This document shows positions 1 to 8,685 of a stretch of 52,113 bases of DNA, in pieces. Position 1 is the first letter of the stretch. Each line of letters starts with the position of its first letter. The notes under the pieces are model-generated. The model did not search any database. It was not told where the DNA came from and saw only the letters and a program-made list of their open reading frames with translations. The position numbers were made by a program, and so were the translations under genes. The DNA comes from Candidatus Woesearchaeota archaeon (lineage in GTDB: Archaea; Nanobdellota; Nanobdellia; SCGC-AAA011-G17; GW2011-AR20): assembly GCA_018303005.1 (NCBI GenBank), contig JAGVYY010000001.1, positions 1 to 52,113 on the forward strand, read 5' to 3'.

Positions 1-423
1 CTCTTTTGCTACTATTTTTGCATATTCTGTGTCTTGAACTGGTCTTTGCAGGTTCTGTATTAATTTTGGGAATTGCTCACTTTGAAGAACACCCATAGGG
101 TCTACTGCATAGTTTGCAATCATCTCGGTGATAGGATTTATTGCGTAAGACAATAAACTACCTAGAGCTAAATCATCTATTCCTGTTCCTTCTAGGAATT
201 CTTTTGCTGCTTTTTTATACCCATTACTAAATAATTCTGCATTATCAGCACCGGTTGTTGGTTTAGGTCCTAAACCTAATCTAACAGCCTCACCCATACT
301 TTGATAAAATGCCTTTAATTTATCATATTTTGGAGTTCCTGCTGTTGGAGTTCCTGGTGTTGGAGTTCCTGAAGTTCCTGCTGATGTAAGTGCTGGTATT
401 CCTGTTCCGCTTGTTGTTGTCAT
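1..423 (-). CDS. hypothetical protein, N-terminal part only (gene runs off the window start); Thr/Gly/Pro-rich low-complexity N-terminus
   Basis: Minus-strand frame is open from the ATG (complement of 421-423) to the window edge. A GGAGGT motif (complement of 434-439) lies about 10 nt upstream. It is absent from the ORF track because no stop lies inside the window. Translation starts MTTTSGTGIPALTSAGTSGTPTPGTPTAGTPKYDKLKAFYQSMGEAV. Confidence 0.45.
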   Translation of the reverse strand, partial: MTTTSGTGIPALTSAGTSGTPTPGTPTAGTPKYDKLKAFYQSMGEAVRLGLGPKPTTGADNAELFSNGYKKAAKEFLEGTGIDDLALGSLLSYAINPITEMIANYAVDPMGVLQSEQFPKLIQNLQRPVQDTEYAKIVAKE

Positions 424-543
424 TTTTGTTTTGACCTCCTTGTTTTTTATTTGTTAATTTACTAATCATTAACTGTTAATTCTTTAATTATATACAAGAT
501 TTGCTTATTTATAAAGCTTTCTATTTTCCTTACTTTAGAGTAG

Positions 544-1845
544 TCATAATTTGTCTTGTTTCCACTTCTCTTTTAAGGTTTTTAACATTGACTCCACGAC
601 ATTCCAGTCAAGTTCATGCTTTATTGTCCATGAGAATTCATCTGTGCCTGTCGAGATTCTTATAGGGAGGTGTTTTGTATCAATATCATTTCTGTTAATT
701 TTATCCTTATCAATTAAGTGTTGGTCCTCTTCCTTTAATCCTTGAAAACCAGAGTAATAATCATTGACATCTTTTGTGTCAGGAACATATTCTGGAGCAA
801 TAACAGGCATTTCATTTTTAACAATATCTGGCTGCATTTCCCTCTCTGTTTCCTTTTCATTTATGTTAAAATCATTAAAATCATTCATTCCTTTGATAGA
901 CCTCGAGCTGATTAAATATATTCTTGAGTTTTCTATTGCAAATTCCAGTTCTACCCTGGAATTTAATACCGACTCTATGTTAGTGCTTATTTTTGCCAGA
1001 TTTATCATGTCATAATCTGATATTTTCTGTGTATATGACATTGAACCTGTTAGTGTTTTCTTTATTGTCTTTCCTGTGTATTCATCTTTTACCAGGATAA
1101 TTTCTTGTTTGTTTACAGACTTGTCTTTTATCTGGAGCGTATTTTTATCAATTGCATAATAATCCAGCGTTGTCATATTTGAATAAATTGCTTCTGATAA
1201 ACCAAGAGCTGCCTTTATCATTACTGATGAATCATCTGTTGTTATTATTCCTGATATTTTGGAATCAACCATTTTTTGTATAATCAATGTTGGCTTTATA
1301 GTTCTCAGGTTTTCTATGTCTGTTATGAAATTCCTGGTAAAGACAGATGCATAAGACCTTTGTATTGCTGTTATTATGTTGTTACTGCCTTTTACATTCA
1401 AGAAGGCTGGAGGATTTTTGAATGTCTTGTTATCTGTTAATGAAACCCTTACTGCAACATAAGACAGGTCCCTGCCTGCTTTTATCATATTTATCGTTGA
1501 TCTATTGGCTACTTTGTATATGTCTAAATTAACATTCATGTTGTTATAATTCTCGAGAATTGCTTCTCTCAGCATATAAGACATCTCAGCATCAAGGATT
1601 GCCTCCTGAATCTCTGAAGCTTTTTCCTGCGCCAGTTCATCATCGTTTATATTCAATGAAATGAAGTCGAGTATTTTCCTCTTGATTCCTGCTGATTCCA
1701 GAAACAAGTCATAAAATTTTTCTGACAAAATGAAGCCATGTGGGATCGGCAAGCCTTCTCTCTGTAATCTGACCATGTTAACAGCTTTTTCTCCCAAGAA
1801 CTTAAAATCCTCTTTTTCAATATCCCTGAACCATTTGATTAACAT
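544..1845 (-). CDS. stand-alone PEP/pyruvate-binding (PPDK_N / PEP synthase N-terminal ATP-grasp-like) domain protein
   Basis: 433-aa ORF. LIKWFRDIEKEDFKFLGEKAVNMVRLQREGLPIPHGF, MVDSKISGIITTDD and LGLSEAIYSN resemble the N-terminal nucleotide-binding domain of PEP synthase/PPDK. No phosphohistidine or PEP-utilizer TIM-barrel domain follows. Confidence 0.55.
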   Translation of the reverse strand: MLIKWFRDIEKEDFKFLGEKAVNMVRLQREGLPIPHGFILSEKFYDLFLESAGIKRKILDFISLNINDDELAQEKASEIQEAILDAEMSYMLREAILENYNNMNVNLDIYKVANRSTINMIKAGRDLSYVAVRVSLTDNKTFKNPPAFLNVKGSNNIITAIQRSYASVFTRNFITDIENLRTIKPTLIIQKMVDSKISGIITTDDSSVMIKAALGLSEAIYSNMTTLDYYAIDKNTLQIKDKSVNKQEIILVKDEYTGKTIKKTLTGSMSYTQKISDYDMINLAKISTNIESVLNSRVELEFAIENSRIYLISSRSIKGMNDFNDFNINEKETEREMQPDIVKNEMPVIAPEYVPDTKDVNDYYSGFQGLKEEDQHLIDKDKINRNDIDTKHLPIRISTGTDEFSWTIKHELDWNVVESMLKTLKEKWKQDKL

Positions 1846-1925
1846 TGCATCTCGTGTATTTTAAATTAATATAAATGTTTCTAATAAAACAAAAGAGATA
1901 AATACTTGCAAATCATTGCATATGT

Positions 1926-2555
1926 ATGAAAGAGAGAAAAGATGCCCTGATTAATTACTGGAAGGAAGAGAATGTTATAAAAGATGAAAAAATCATAAAA
2001 GCTTTTAGAGAAATTCCAAGAGAAAATTTCATTCTTAAAGAAGATTTGCACAGGACATATGGAGATTATCCCCTGAATATTGGCTTTGGCGCTACCATCT
2101 CGCAGCCTACAACTGTTGTGATAATGTTAGAATCATTAGATATTAAAGAAGGAAACAAGATACTTGAAATTGGAACAGGCAGTGGCTGGAGCACTGCTTT
2201 GTTATCTGTGCTTGCTGGAAATAAAGGACATGTTTATAGTGTAGAGGTTGTCAAAGAATTGGTTGACTTTGCCAGAGACAACCTAAAAAAATTAAAGATA
2301 AGAAATGCCAAGGTATTCCATACAGATGGTTCTAAAGGCTTTAAAAAATATGCTCCCTATGACAGGATAATCCTGCATGCTGCAAGCGATGATATCCCTG
2401 AAGAAATAATAAAGCAGCTTAAGAATAAAGGAATATTCCTTGGACCTATAGGGAACCAGTATAATCAAACAATGGTCAAAATTGTGAAAGAAGGAAAGAA
2501 CATTAATAAAGAAAACTTAGGTGATTTTATTTTTATCCCTTTAAAAAAGAAATAG
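1926..2555 (+). CDS. pcm: protein-L-isoaspartate O-methyltransferase
   Basis: 209-aa ORF with ISQPTTVVIMLESL and the SAM-binding ILEIGTGSGWSTALL motif typical of PCMT. Confidence 0.85.
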   Translation: MKERKDALINYWKEENVIKDEKIIKAFREIPRENFILKEDLHRTYGDYPLNIGFGATISQPTTVVIMLESLDIKEGNKILEIGTGSGWSTALLSVLAGNKGHVYSVEVVKELVDFARDNLKKLKIRNAKVFHTDGSKGFKKYAPYDRIILHAASDDIPEEIIKQLKNKGIFLGPIGNQYNQTMVKIVKEGKNINKENLGDFIFIPLKKK

Positions 2556-2569
2556 TATTAAAAAAAATA

Positions 2570-3100
2570 TCATGGCTTATTTATCTGATTAACTTCTATA
2601 ATGCATTTTACCGGAATCCTTGAGACAGCAGACCATAATGCATCTCTTGCCTTTTGCATGTTTTCCTTATCGACATATGCTGAAAATATTATTTTTCCTT
2701 TCCTTACCTGTCCTGCTAATCCGACAGGTTTGCCAAATGAATGTGCCATTCCTGATTGCAATCTATCTGCATGTGCTCCGCCGATCATCTTATTTTCCCT
2801 TATGATGTGATGTGGATAAAGCCTTATTTTCAGAAAATAATTTTTTGAACCTGTATTGAGATGTAATTTTCTGTTTATTACAAGCCTTGCTGATTCTATT
2901 GCATTATGCCTTATCTGAGCGTCTTCTTTTGATATCAGATTTATCTCGTAAGAAAATTCCTTCTTTGAATTTCCCATGTAATACCTTACTATCTTATTCG
3001 GCGGTACTGTTTTTATATAGCCCTTGCTTCTGACCTTGCTCCTCCTAACATAAGGTCTTTCCAAAAACCTGTAACATATACCTTTTCTTAGTCCTGCCAT
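2570..3100 (-). CDS. rpl10e: 50S ribosomal protein L10e (uL16)
   Basis: 176-aa ORF MAGLRKGICYRFLERPYVRRSKVRSKGYIKTVPP..., the archaeal/eukaryotic L10e pattern. Confidence 0.9.
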   Translation of the reverse strand: MAGLRKGICYRFLERPYVRRSKVRSKGYIKTVPPNKIVRYYMGNSKKEFSYEINLISKEDAQIRHNAIESARLVINRKLHLNTGSKNYFLKIRLYPHHIIRENKMIGGAHADRLQSGMAHSFGKPVGLAGQVRKGKIIFSAYVDKENMQKARDALWSAVSRIPVKCIIEVNQINKP

Positions 3101-3120
3101 TTTATTAGAACTAAATAAAT

Positions 3121-3130
3121 TATATTTAAA
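3121..3130 (-). promoter_or_regulatory. TATA box for rpl10e (leaderless spacing)
   Basis: Minus-strand TTTAAATATA ends 21 nt upstream of the rpl10e ATG (complement of 3098-3100). The same spacing recurs at other first-in-unit genes in the window. Confidence 0.5.
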
Positions 3131-3228
3131 AAACTATTGGTTGTTTTAATTATCTATTTTGATGATGACTATGCAAATTCCTGTGGCATAAAATTTACTT
3201 AAACTGGTTATTTGGTCTTTAAAGAAAA

Positions 3229-3236
3229 TTTAATAA
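3229..3236 (+). promoter_or_regulatory. TATA-like box upstream of the sigma-70 gene
   Basis: TTTAATAA ends 23 nt before the ATG at 3259, matching the spacing seen at other genes here. Confidence 0.4.
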
Positions 3237-3258
3237 CCTTTATGTTTTTATCTTTACT

Positions 3259-4122
3259 ATGGTACACAAATACAGCAACAAGCCTGAAATTTATAACAGA
3301 GAATCCATTGATGTTTATCTTAGAGAGATATCCAAAATACCTTTGATAATGCGTGAAGAAGAATCAGAACTTGCAAGAAAGAAAAGAGGAGGAGACCAAG
3401 ATTCGCTGGACAAACTTGTCAAATCAAACTTAAAGTTTGTTGTGTACATTGCCAAGAACTATCAAAATTATGGCCTTCCACTGGATGATTTGATAAATGA
3501 AGGGAACCTTAGACTGATAAAGGCTGCAAAAAGATTTGATGAAACAAGAGGATTTAAATTTATCAGCTATGCTGTCTGGTGGATCAGACAAGGCATATTA
3601 CAGGCATTAATATCTGCACCATATCAGAAATTACCCAGAGATTTTTTAAAGCAAAAAAGAGCTGTTGATTGTACTATTAGTTTATTGGAGCAAAACCTTG
3701 GTAGAGAACCGACATTACTCGAGATAAGTGAAGAATCCAATATTAATCAGAATGAATTGGATTCATTTTTTATCTCAAAATTTAAAATGATGCATCTGGA
3801 AGATACTATTGGCAATGATAACAAAAGCAATCAGTATCATAACTTTATTGAAGATACTATTATAGCAAAACCTGACGAAGATTTATATCGAAATAATATG
3901 AAGAATGATATTGTAAATGCCCTAAGAACCCTTCCTGAAAGAGAATGTGAAGTTTTGATATTGTATTTCGGGATCAACGAGCATAGACCCTATACATTAG
4001 AAGAAATAGGCACTCGTTTTGGGCTGACAAGGGAAAGAATAAGACAGATAAAACTGAGTGGATTAAACCGTTTGCGAAATACTCATAAAGGTTTACCTTT
4101 GCGTAAATATAAGGAAGATTAA
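3259..4122 (+). CDS. RNA polymerase sigma-70 family factor (bacterial type, regions 1.2-4.2 present)
   Basis: 287-aa ORF. Region 1.2 is IDVYLREISKIPLI. Region 2 is DLINEGNLRLIKAAKRFDETRGFKFISYAVWWIRQGI. Region 4.2 HTH is YTLEEIGTRFGLTRERIRQIKLSGLNRLR. Confidence 0.85.
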   Translation: MVHKYSNKPEIYNRESIDVYLREISKIPLIMREEESELARKKRGGDQDSLDKLVKSNLKFVVYIAKNYQNYGLPLDDLINEGNLRLIKAAKRFDETRGFKFISYAVWWIRQGILQALISAPYQKLPRDFLKQKRAVDCTISLLEQNLGREPTLLEISEESNINQNELDSFFISKFKMMHLEDTIGNDNKSNQYHNFIEDTIIAKPDEDLYRNNMKNDIVNALRTLPERECEVLILYFGINEHRPYTLEEIGTRFGLTRERIRQIKLSGLNRLRNTHKGLPLRKYKED

Positions 4123-5588
4123 GCCCGGGGTTCCGGTTTCATGAATGGAAACAAAACACATTCCCTTATTGGCTTGTCAATTAAATAGGAGAACAATCTT
4201 TCAGAAAGACCAAAACCTGCTGTCGGTGGCATACCATACATTAATGCTTCTACAAAATCTTTGTCATGCATCTGGGCCTCTTTATCACCTTTTTCCCTCA
4301 TCTTTGCCTGTTCTTTAAACCTTGATTCCTGGTCTATTGGATCATTTAATTCTGAATATCCATTTCCTAGCTCACTGCCTCCAATAATAATCTGAAATCT
4401 TTCTGTCAGCCTCTGGTCTTTTCTGTGCCTCTTTGCCAGAGGGGAAACCTCCACAGGATGATTTATAAGAAAACAAGGTCCGGAGATATTTTTTCTGCAA
4501 TGCTTCCATAATAAGTCCATTAAGCGCCCTTTTTCTAAATTTTGTTCATATTTTATTTTTAGTTCATCTAATCTTTCCTGAATCTGCTCTTCTGATGACT
4601 CTAAGATATCTATACCGACCTGTTTCTTTATCTCTTTTACATATTCTATCATCGGCCATTTTTTATTCATGTCTATATTAAAACCATGTGTCGTGAATTT
4701 TAAAGTGCCGAGAACTTTTTTTGTTACTTCTTTGTACATTTTTTCCACTAATGCCATACATTGCTCATAATCTGCATATGCCCAGTAGAATTCCATTTGA
4801 GTATAGTCCTGCAAATGCTCCATACTTGCTCCTTCATTTCTGAATTGTCTCCCTATCTCAAATGTTTTTTCAAAACCTGCAACCATCAGCCTTTTCTGCC
4901 ATAGCTCTCCTGTTGATATTCTTAAGTATACATCTGTATTGTATGTGTTGTAATGTGTTATGAAAGGTTCAGCATCTGCGCCGCCTGCACTGCTTTCCAG
5001 AATTGGTGTCTCAACTTCTACAAAACATTGTTTTTGCAAAAATTCCCTTATTGACTGCCAGAATATGTTTTTTTTGATGAACAGCTGTTTTAATTCAGGA
5101 TTTGTTATTAAATCAAGGTATCTTTTCCTTAACCTTATTTCAGGATCTTGTAAACCATGCCATTTTTCAGGCAATGGCTTTAATGATTTGGCCAGCAATT
5201 GAAAATTTTTTATCCAGACTGTTATCTCTCCTGTTTTAGTTGCAAACACTGTTCCTTCTATCCCGATTATATCCCCTAAATCAAATTTTTTCAGCAGACT
5301 GTACTTTTCTTTAAGTGTTTCTTCTCTCGCCAAAAACTGTATCTTGCCGGAATAGTCCTGTATATGACCAAAGGCAATCTTACCCATTTCCCTGAAAGCA
5401 ATAATTCTTCCTGCAATCTTCACCTTTGTGTTTGTCTTCTGCTCTTTCTTTAATTTTTTAAATTTCTGAATAATCTCAGAGGAATTATTCTTAACATCAA
5501 ACTTATATGGATAAGGGTTTATTCCTTTCTCCTTTAAGGCCTTTAGTTTTTCTGTTCTCTGCTGGATTAATTGGTCTTCTGGTTGCAT
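4119..5588 (-). CDS. lysS: lysine--tRNA ligase, class II
   Basis: 489-aa ORF with class II motifs FEIGRQFRNEG and GMPPTAGFGLSERL and an N-terminal OB-fold region. Its stop overlaps the sigma gene stop (convergent). Confidence 0.9.
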   Translation of the reverse strand: MQPEDQLIQQRTEKLKALKEKGINPYPYKFDVKNNSSEIIQKFKKLKKEQKTNTKVKIAGRIIAFREMGKIAFGHIQDYSGKIQFLAREETLKEKYSLLKKFDLGDIIGIEGTVFATKTGEITVWIKNFQLLAKSLKPLPEKWHGLQDPEIRLRKRYLDLITNPELKQLFIKKNIFWQSIREFLQKQCFVEVETPILESSAGGADAEPFITHYNTYNTDVYLRISTGELWQKRLMVAGFEKTFEIGRQFRNEGASMEHLQDYTQMEFYWAYADYEQCMALVEKMYKEVTKKVLGTLKFTTHGFNIDMNKKWPMIEYVKEIKKQVGIDILESSEEQIQERLDELKIKYEQNLEKGRLMDLLWKHCRKNISGPCFLINHPVEVSPLAKRHRKDQRLTERFQIIIGGSELGNGYSELNDPIDQESRFKEQAKMREKGDKEAQMHDKDFVEALMYGMPPTAGFGLSERLFSYLIDKPIRECVLFPFMKPEPRA

Positions 5589-5605
5589 TTTTGTTTAATT
5601 TTATG

Positions 5606-6034
5606 TTATAATCTTGAAAAGTCCTTTAATTTAAATCTTTTTATATCCTTAATATTATTAAAGTCTTCATCATCTGTTATTATATTCTTTATATTACGGA
5701 ACAAAGCACATGATAAATGAATAGCATCTCTCGGATTTAAATTGTAATTCTTTAATATTGAATAAGAATTAGCAAGAATATTTAGATTAACATCAATAAA
5801 ATTAAGATTTTTTAAATTTAAGAATAATTTTGAAGATAATAAAGCATTTTCACGACCTTTTAATCTTTTAACCTGATAAAAAAGTTCATCAAAAGTTAAA
5901 ATAGAAGTAAATGCATTGATTTTATTATTGATTATTAAATTTAATATTTGTCTGGATAATTCTCCAAGTTTTTCATCATCATTATATGCAAAAATAAACA
6001 CGTTTGAATCTATGTAGTATGTTTCTTCTTCCAT
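5606..6034 (-). CDS. vapC: PIN-domain toxin (VapC-like)
   Basis: 142-aa ORF with N-terminal YIDSNVFIFAY and a C-terminal acidic ITDDEDF pattern typical of PIN domains. It overlaps the upstream AbrB-type ORF by 25 nt. Confidence 0.7.
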   Translation of the reverse strand: MEEETYYIDSNVFIFAYNDDEKLGELSRQILNLIINNKINAFTSILTFDELFYQVKRLKGRENALLSSKLFLNLKNLNFIDVNLNILANSYSILKNYNLNPRDAIHLSCALFRNIKNIITDDEDFNNIKDIKRFKLKDFSRL

Positions 6035-6285
6035 CTGTCTTCTAGCATTTCCTCATAATTTTTATCTGAATCAAATTTCCCTAATCTTTTACCTGATTTT
6101 GCTATTTGTTCCATTACTTTTATTGGATCTTCCACTTGTTCTTTTTTTATTAAAATTCCCTCGTCTTTCAATTCAAATATAATTTCACTTCCGGGTGTTA
6201 TCTTTTCCATATCCCTAAATATTTTAGGAATTACAACCTGGCCTTTTGGACCCACAATCATCTTTTGTTGAATTATTCTTACCAT
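6010..6285 (-). CDS. vapB: AbrB/SpoVT-family antitoxin (VapB-like)
   Basis: 91-aa ORF with the swapped-hairpin motif GPKGQVVIPKIFRDMEKITPGSEI. Confidence 0.75.
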   Translation of the reverse strand: MVRIIQQKMIVGPKGQVVIPKIFRDMEKITPGSEIIFELKDEGILIKKEQVEDPIKVMEQIAKSGKRLGKFDSDKNYEEMLEDRWKKKHTT

Positions 6286-6365
6286 GAGTTATACTTTAGT
6301 ATAACTTATATTTAAACCTTTTTATTTATTTTAATACTACATTCCAGTAGTTACTAATAGAAACA

Positions 6366-6373
6366 TTTATAAA
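6366..6373 (+). promoter_or_regulatory. TATA box
   Basis: TTTATAAA ends 23 nt before the ATG at 6396. This argues that 6396, not the TTG at 6381, is the start of the following CDS. Confidence 0.5.
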
Positions 6374-6380
6374 CATCTGA

Positions 6381-7037
6381 TTGTGTAACAAGCACATGAA
6401 AATATCAAATAGAGTTAGAAATTTAACCTTAACCATTATGATAGTACTAGGTTTAGGTTTATCTGGATTTTACAAATGGCTTGATTATTCCAAAGAAAGG
6501 GAGTTTGAAGCATTGAAAAATGGATTTCCTTCTTATGTTACTAAACTTGAAGATAAATATGGCAAGCTAGACGTAGAACTGAGATTAGCTTATCTGCAAT
6601 TGCCAGTTTGTATCGGTGGAATGGCAAGATCAGATTCTGTAATCATTAATGATAACTTATTAACCTATATACTTGCACCAGAAAAGGAAAAAGTTGTGAT
6701 ACATGAAATATCTCACTTTTTTGTTGAGAAAGAACTAAAAGGGACTGACCAGAAATTTCTTTTTACAGATGGATATGGGAGATGGAGTGCTGCAAGTTCC
6801 GATATGGGGATAGCAAAACTATTAATTGAAGAATGCACAGAATATTTAACAGAAGAACAGTGTGGAGAAATTTCCAGTCTTGATTATCTTGCATATTACC
6901 ATTTTGTAAAGCCAGTTATGGATGAACTAGGCGCTGAAAGCGGCATTGAAAGACTATTTTTAGAACCGGTAAAGCTAGAAGAACTTGATAACCCAAAAGA
7001 TTACTATAAAAGAATTGGAATAAAACAAACAAATTAA
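6381..7037 (+). CDS. membrane-anchored hypothetical protein with HExxH motif (putative metallopeptidase); probable start at 6396
   Basis: 218-aa ORF with an N-terminal hydrophobic helix (LTLTIMIVLGLGLSGF) and VIHEISHFF (HExxH). Confidence 0.4.
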   Translation: MCNKHMKISNRVRNLTLTIMIVLGLGLSGFYKWLDYSKEREFEALKNGFPSYVTKLEDKYGKLDVELRLAYLQLPVCIGGMARSDSVIINDNLLTYILAPEKEKVVIHEISHFFVEKELKGTDQKFLFTDGYGRWSAASSDMGIAKLLIEECTEYLTEEQCGEISSLDYLAYYHFVKPVMDELGAESGIERLFLEPVKLEELDNPKDYYKRIGIKQTN

Positions 7038-7071
7038 AAGTTCATTTATTTGTGTTATTGGTCAAGACGTC

Positions 7072-8004
7072 TTAAATTTTTTTAAAGATATATACCTTGT
7101 ACAACATATCCCCCACATGAATTTCAGTTTCTTTCTTTTCCTTGAATCCGAATTCTTTTGAATATCTTTCCAGCAGCTCTGTTCTAGGGGACAATGTAAC
7201 AATCAGGCCTTTTTTCTTTAATATGTATTTAGCCTGATAAAAAAATTCTTTTGTCAGTCTGCCGACAACCTCCTCTGTCTTAGTTTTTGAGACAAAGGGT
7301 GTTTTTGTAACAATCTTGTCAACAGATTCTTTCTTAAAAAGGGTATCCAACCAGTCAATTTCATTAGTGCTAAATTCAATTTTAACTTTTGCAATCTTGG
7401 AATTAATACGGGCGTTTTTAATATCCTCAGAAAAACCATATAATTTCCTTCCTTTCATCAGGCCTGCCTCTATCAGAATAACCCCATCTGAGCAGAAAGG
7501 ATCGAGTAATATTTCATTTGTTTTAAAGCCTGCTGCTTTCAGCAAAGAATAGCCTATGACAGGATTTATAGAATCCCTTCCTGACCTGACTTTGTAATTT
7601 CTCTTATAATAAACAGGGTTTCTGCCAATAAAACATTCATTGTTATTTATATCAAGGAATATAATTGTTTCAGGATTTTTCAGATCAACTTTGAAACCTC
7701 TGTTGTAGAATATTTCCCCTATTCTTACTTTTATTTCCTGGGATGTTAATCTTTTGTTATTCTCCTTAATGCAGTCTACCTTAAATTTCCCAATTATCTT
7801 TAACTTTATCTTTTTTATTTTATCTGTAAGGTCTTCCAGGCCTGTGAATCTTATACTTTCAACAAATTCATAAGAAAATAGTGCTGATTTCACATATTTT
7901 TTCTTTTTTGTGAAAAGAACATGTTTCTCACAACTTTTTTTTCCAGATACCTCCCATGAAGTTGTTCCTTCAAGGCCTTTTAATGTGTATGCAATGTATT
8001 TCAT
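7072..8004 (-). CDS. THUMP-domain RNA methyltransferase (Trm14/RlmL-like)
   Basis: 310-aa ORF with an N-terminal THUMP-like region. LLDPFCSDGVILIEAGL resembles SAM motif I of UPF0020-family tRNA/rRNA guanine-N2 methyltransferases. Confidence 0.55.
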   Translation of the reverse strand: MKYIAYTLKGLEGTTSWEVSGKKSCEKHVLFTKKKKYVKSALFSYEFVESIRFTGLEDLTDKIKKIKLKIIGKFKVDCIKENNKRLTSQEIKVRIGEIFYNRGFKVDLKNPETIIFLDINNNECFIGRNPVYYKRNYKVRSGRDSINPVIGYSLLKAAGFKTNEILLDPFCSDGVILIEAGLMKGRKLYGFSEDIKNARINSKIAKVKIEFSTNEIDWLDTLFKKESVDKIVTKTPFVSKTKTEEVVGRLTKEFFYQAKYILKKKGLIVTLSPRTELLERYSKEFGFKEKKETEIHVGDMLYKVYIFKKI

Positions 8005-8064
8005 CTTATTGAGATTGATAGTATTCTATAAAAACTTTATGAAAAAAGAAAAAAGAAAATAATG

Positions 8065-8406
8065 CTAGTCTTTTGCTAGTTCGAACACTGATTTCAGAGC
8101 TACTATAATTGTGGCTGGAACAAATAACACTAAGATAGCAGTTAATATTCCACCAACATACGGACCAACAGTGTTAATCTTGCTTATGACATCTCCGCCG
8201 AAACTGCTTACAAGCACTAGAACAATACCTGCCATCATAAACGGCTGACTTTCCTTTGCTGTTACATTTAGGAGACCAACTACGATTCCCATAATTACCA
8301 GCAATGACGCCACTGTTGTGCCTAGTATTCCTTTAGTTGCTATGCCAAAAATTACTGCCAACACTACTCCTACTAAAAAAGCCCACGCTCCCATAGATCT
8401 AGTCAT
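8065..8406 (-). CDS. small integral membrane protein
   Basis: 113-aa ORF, almost entirely hydrophobic (about 3-4 TM helices). GGGGGTG (complement of 8412-8418) lies 5 nt upstream of the ATG. Confidence 0.5.
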   Translation of the reverse strand: MTRSMGAWAFLVGVVLAVIFGIATKGILGTTVASLLVIMGIVVGLLNVTAKESQPFMMAGIVLVLVSSFGGDVISKINTVGPYVGGILTAILVLFVPATIIVALKSVFELAKD

Positions 8407-8685
8407 TTTTTCACCCCCATTGCTTTTTTATTATGATTTTGCTAGATAAATTCTTACAAAAGCTTATATATAAATTTTGTGTAAAAACACTCTGTCCTAA
8501 ATTTTTATATTTAAGAGAACCCTTTGCCTCGTGAGAGACAAAGGGGGTTAAACAATGTTGTTCAACCATGAAAAAAGAAGTAAAACCAGTAAATAAAGTT
8601 AAGTGTTGCTGAGAGCACTTTAATTTCCCGGGTTATTGTCATTTGCTAGAATGTTAGGTTATTTTATCAAGTTAAAATTATTTTA

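Noticed and set aside
331-385. 15-nt tandem repeat (tggagttcctgNtgt x 2.5) as a possible CRISPR or satellite
   Set aside because: It lies inside an open minus-strand frame and encodes a GTP/TPG low-complexity peptide. There is no spacer structure.
3155-3215. Possible C/D box sRNA (TGATGA at about 3163)
   Set aside because: No CTGA D box or terminal stem lies within the expected 50-70 nt.
4119-4122. Overlapping convergent stops of sigma-70 and class II lysS as proof of joint horizontal transfer
   Set aside because: Tight packing is the norm across this window, so the overlap alone says nothing about common origin. Phylogenies would be needed.
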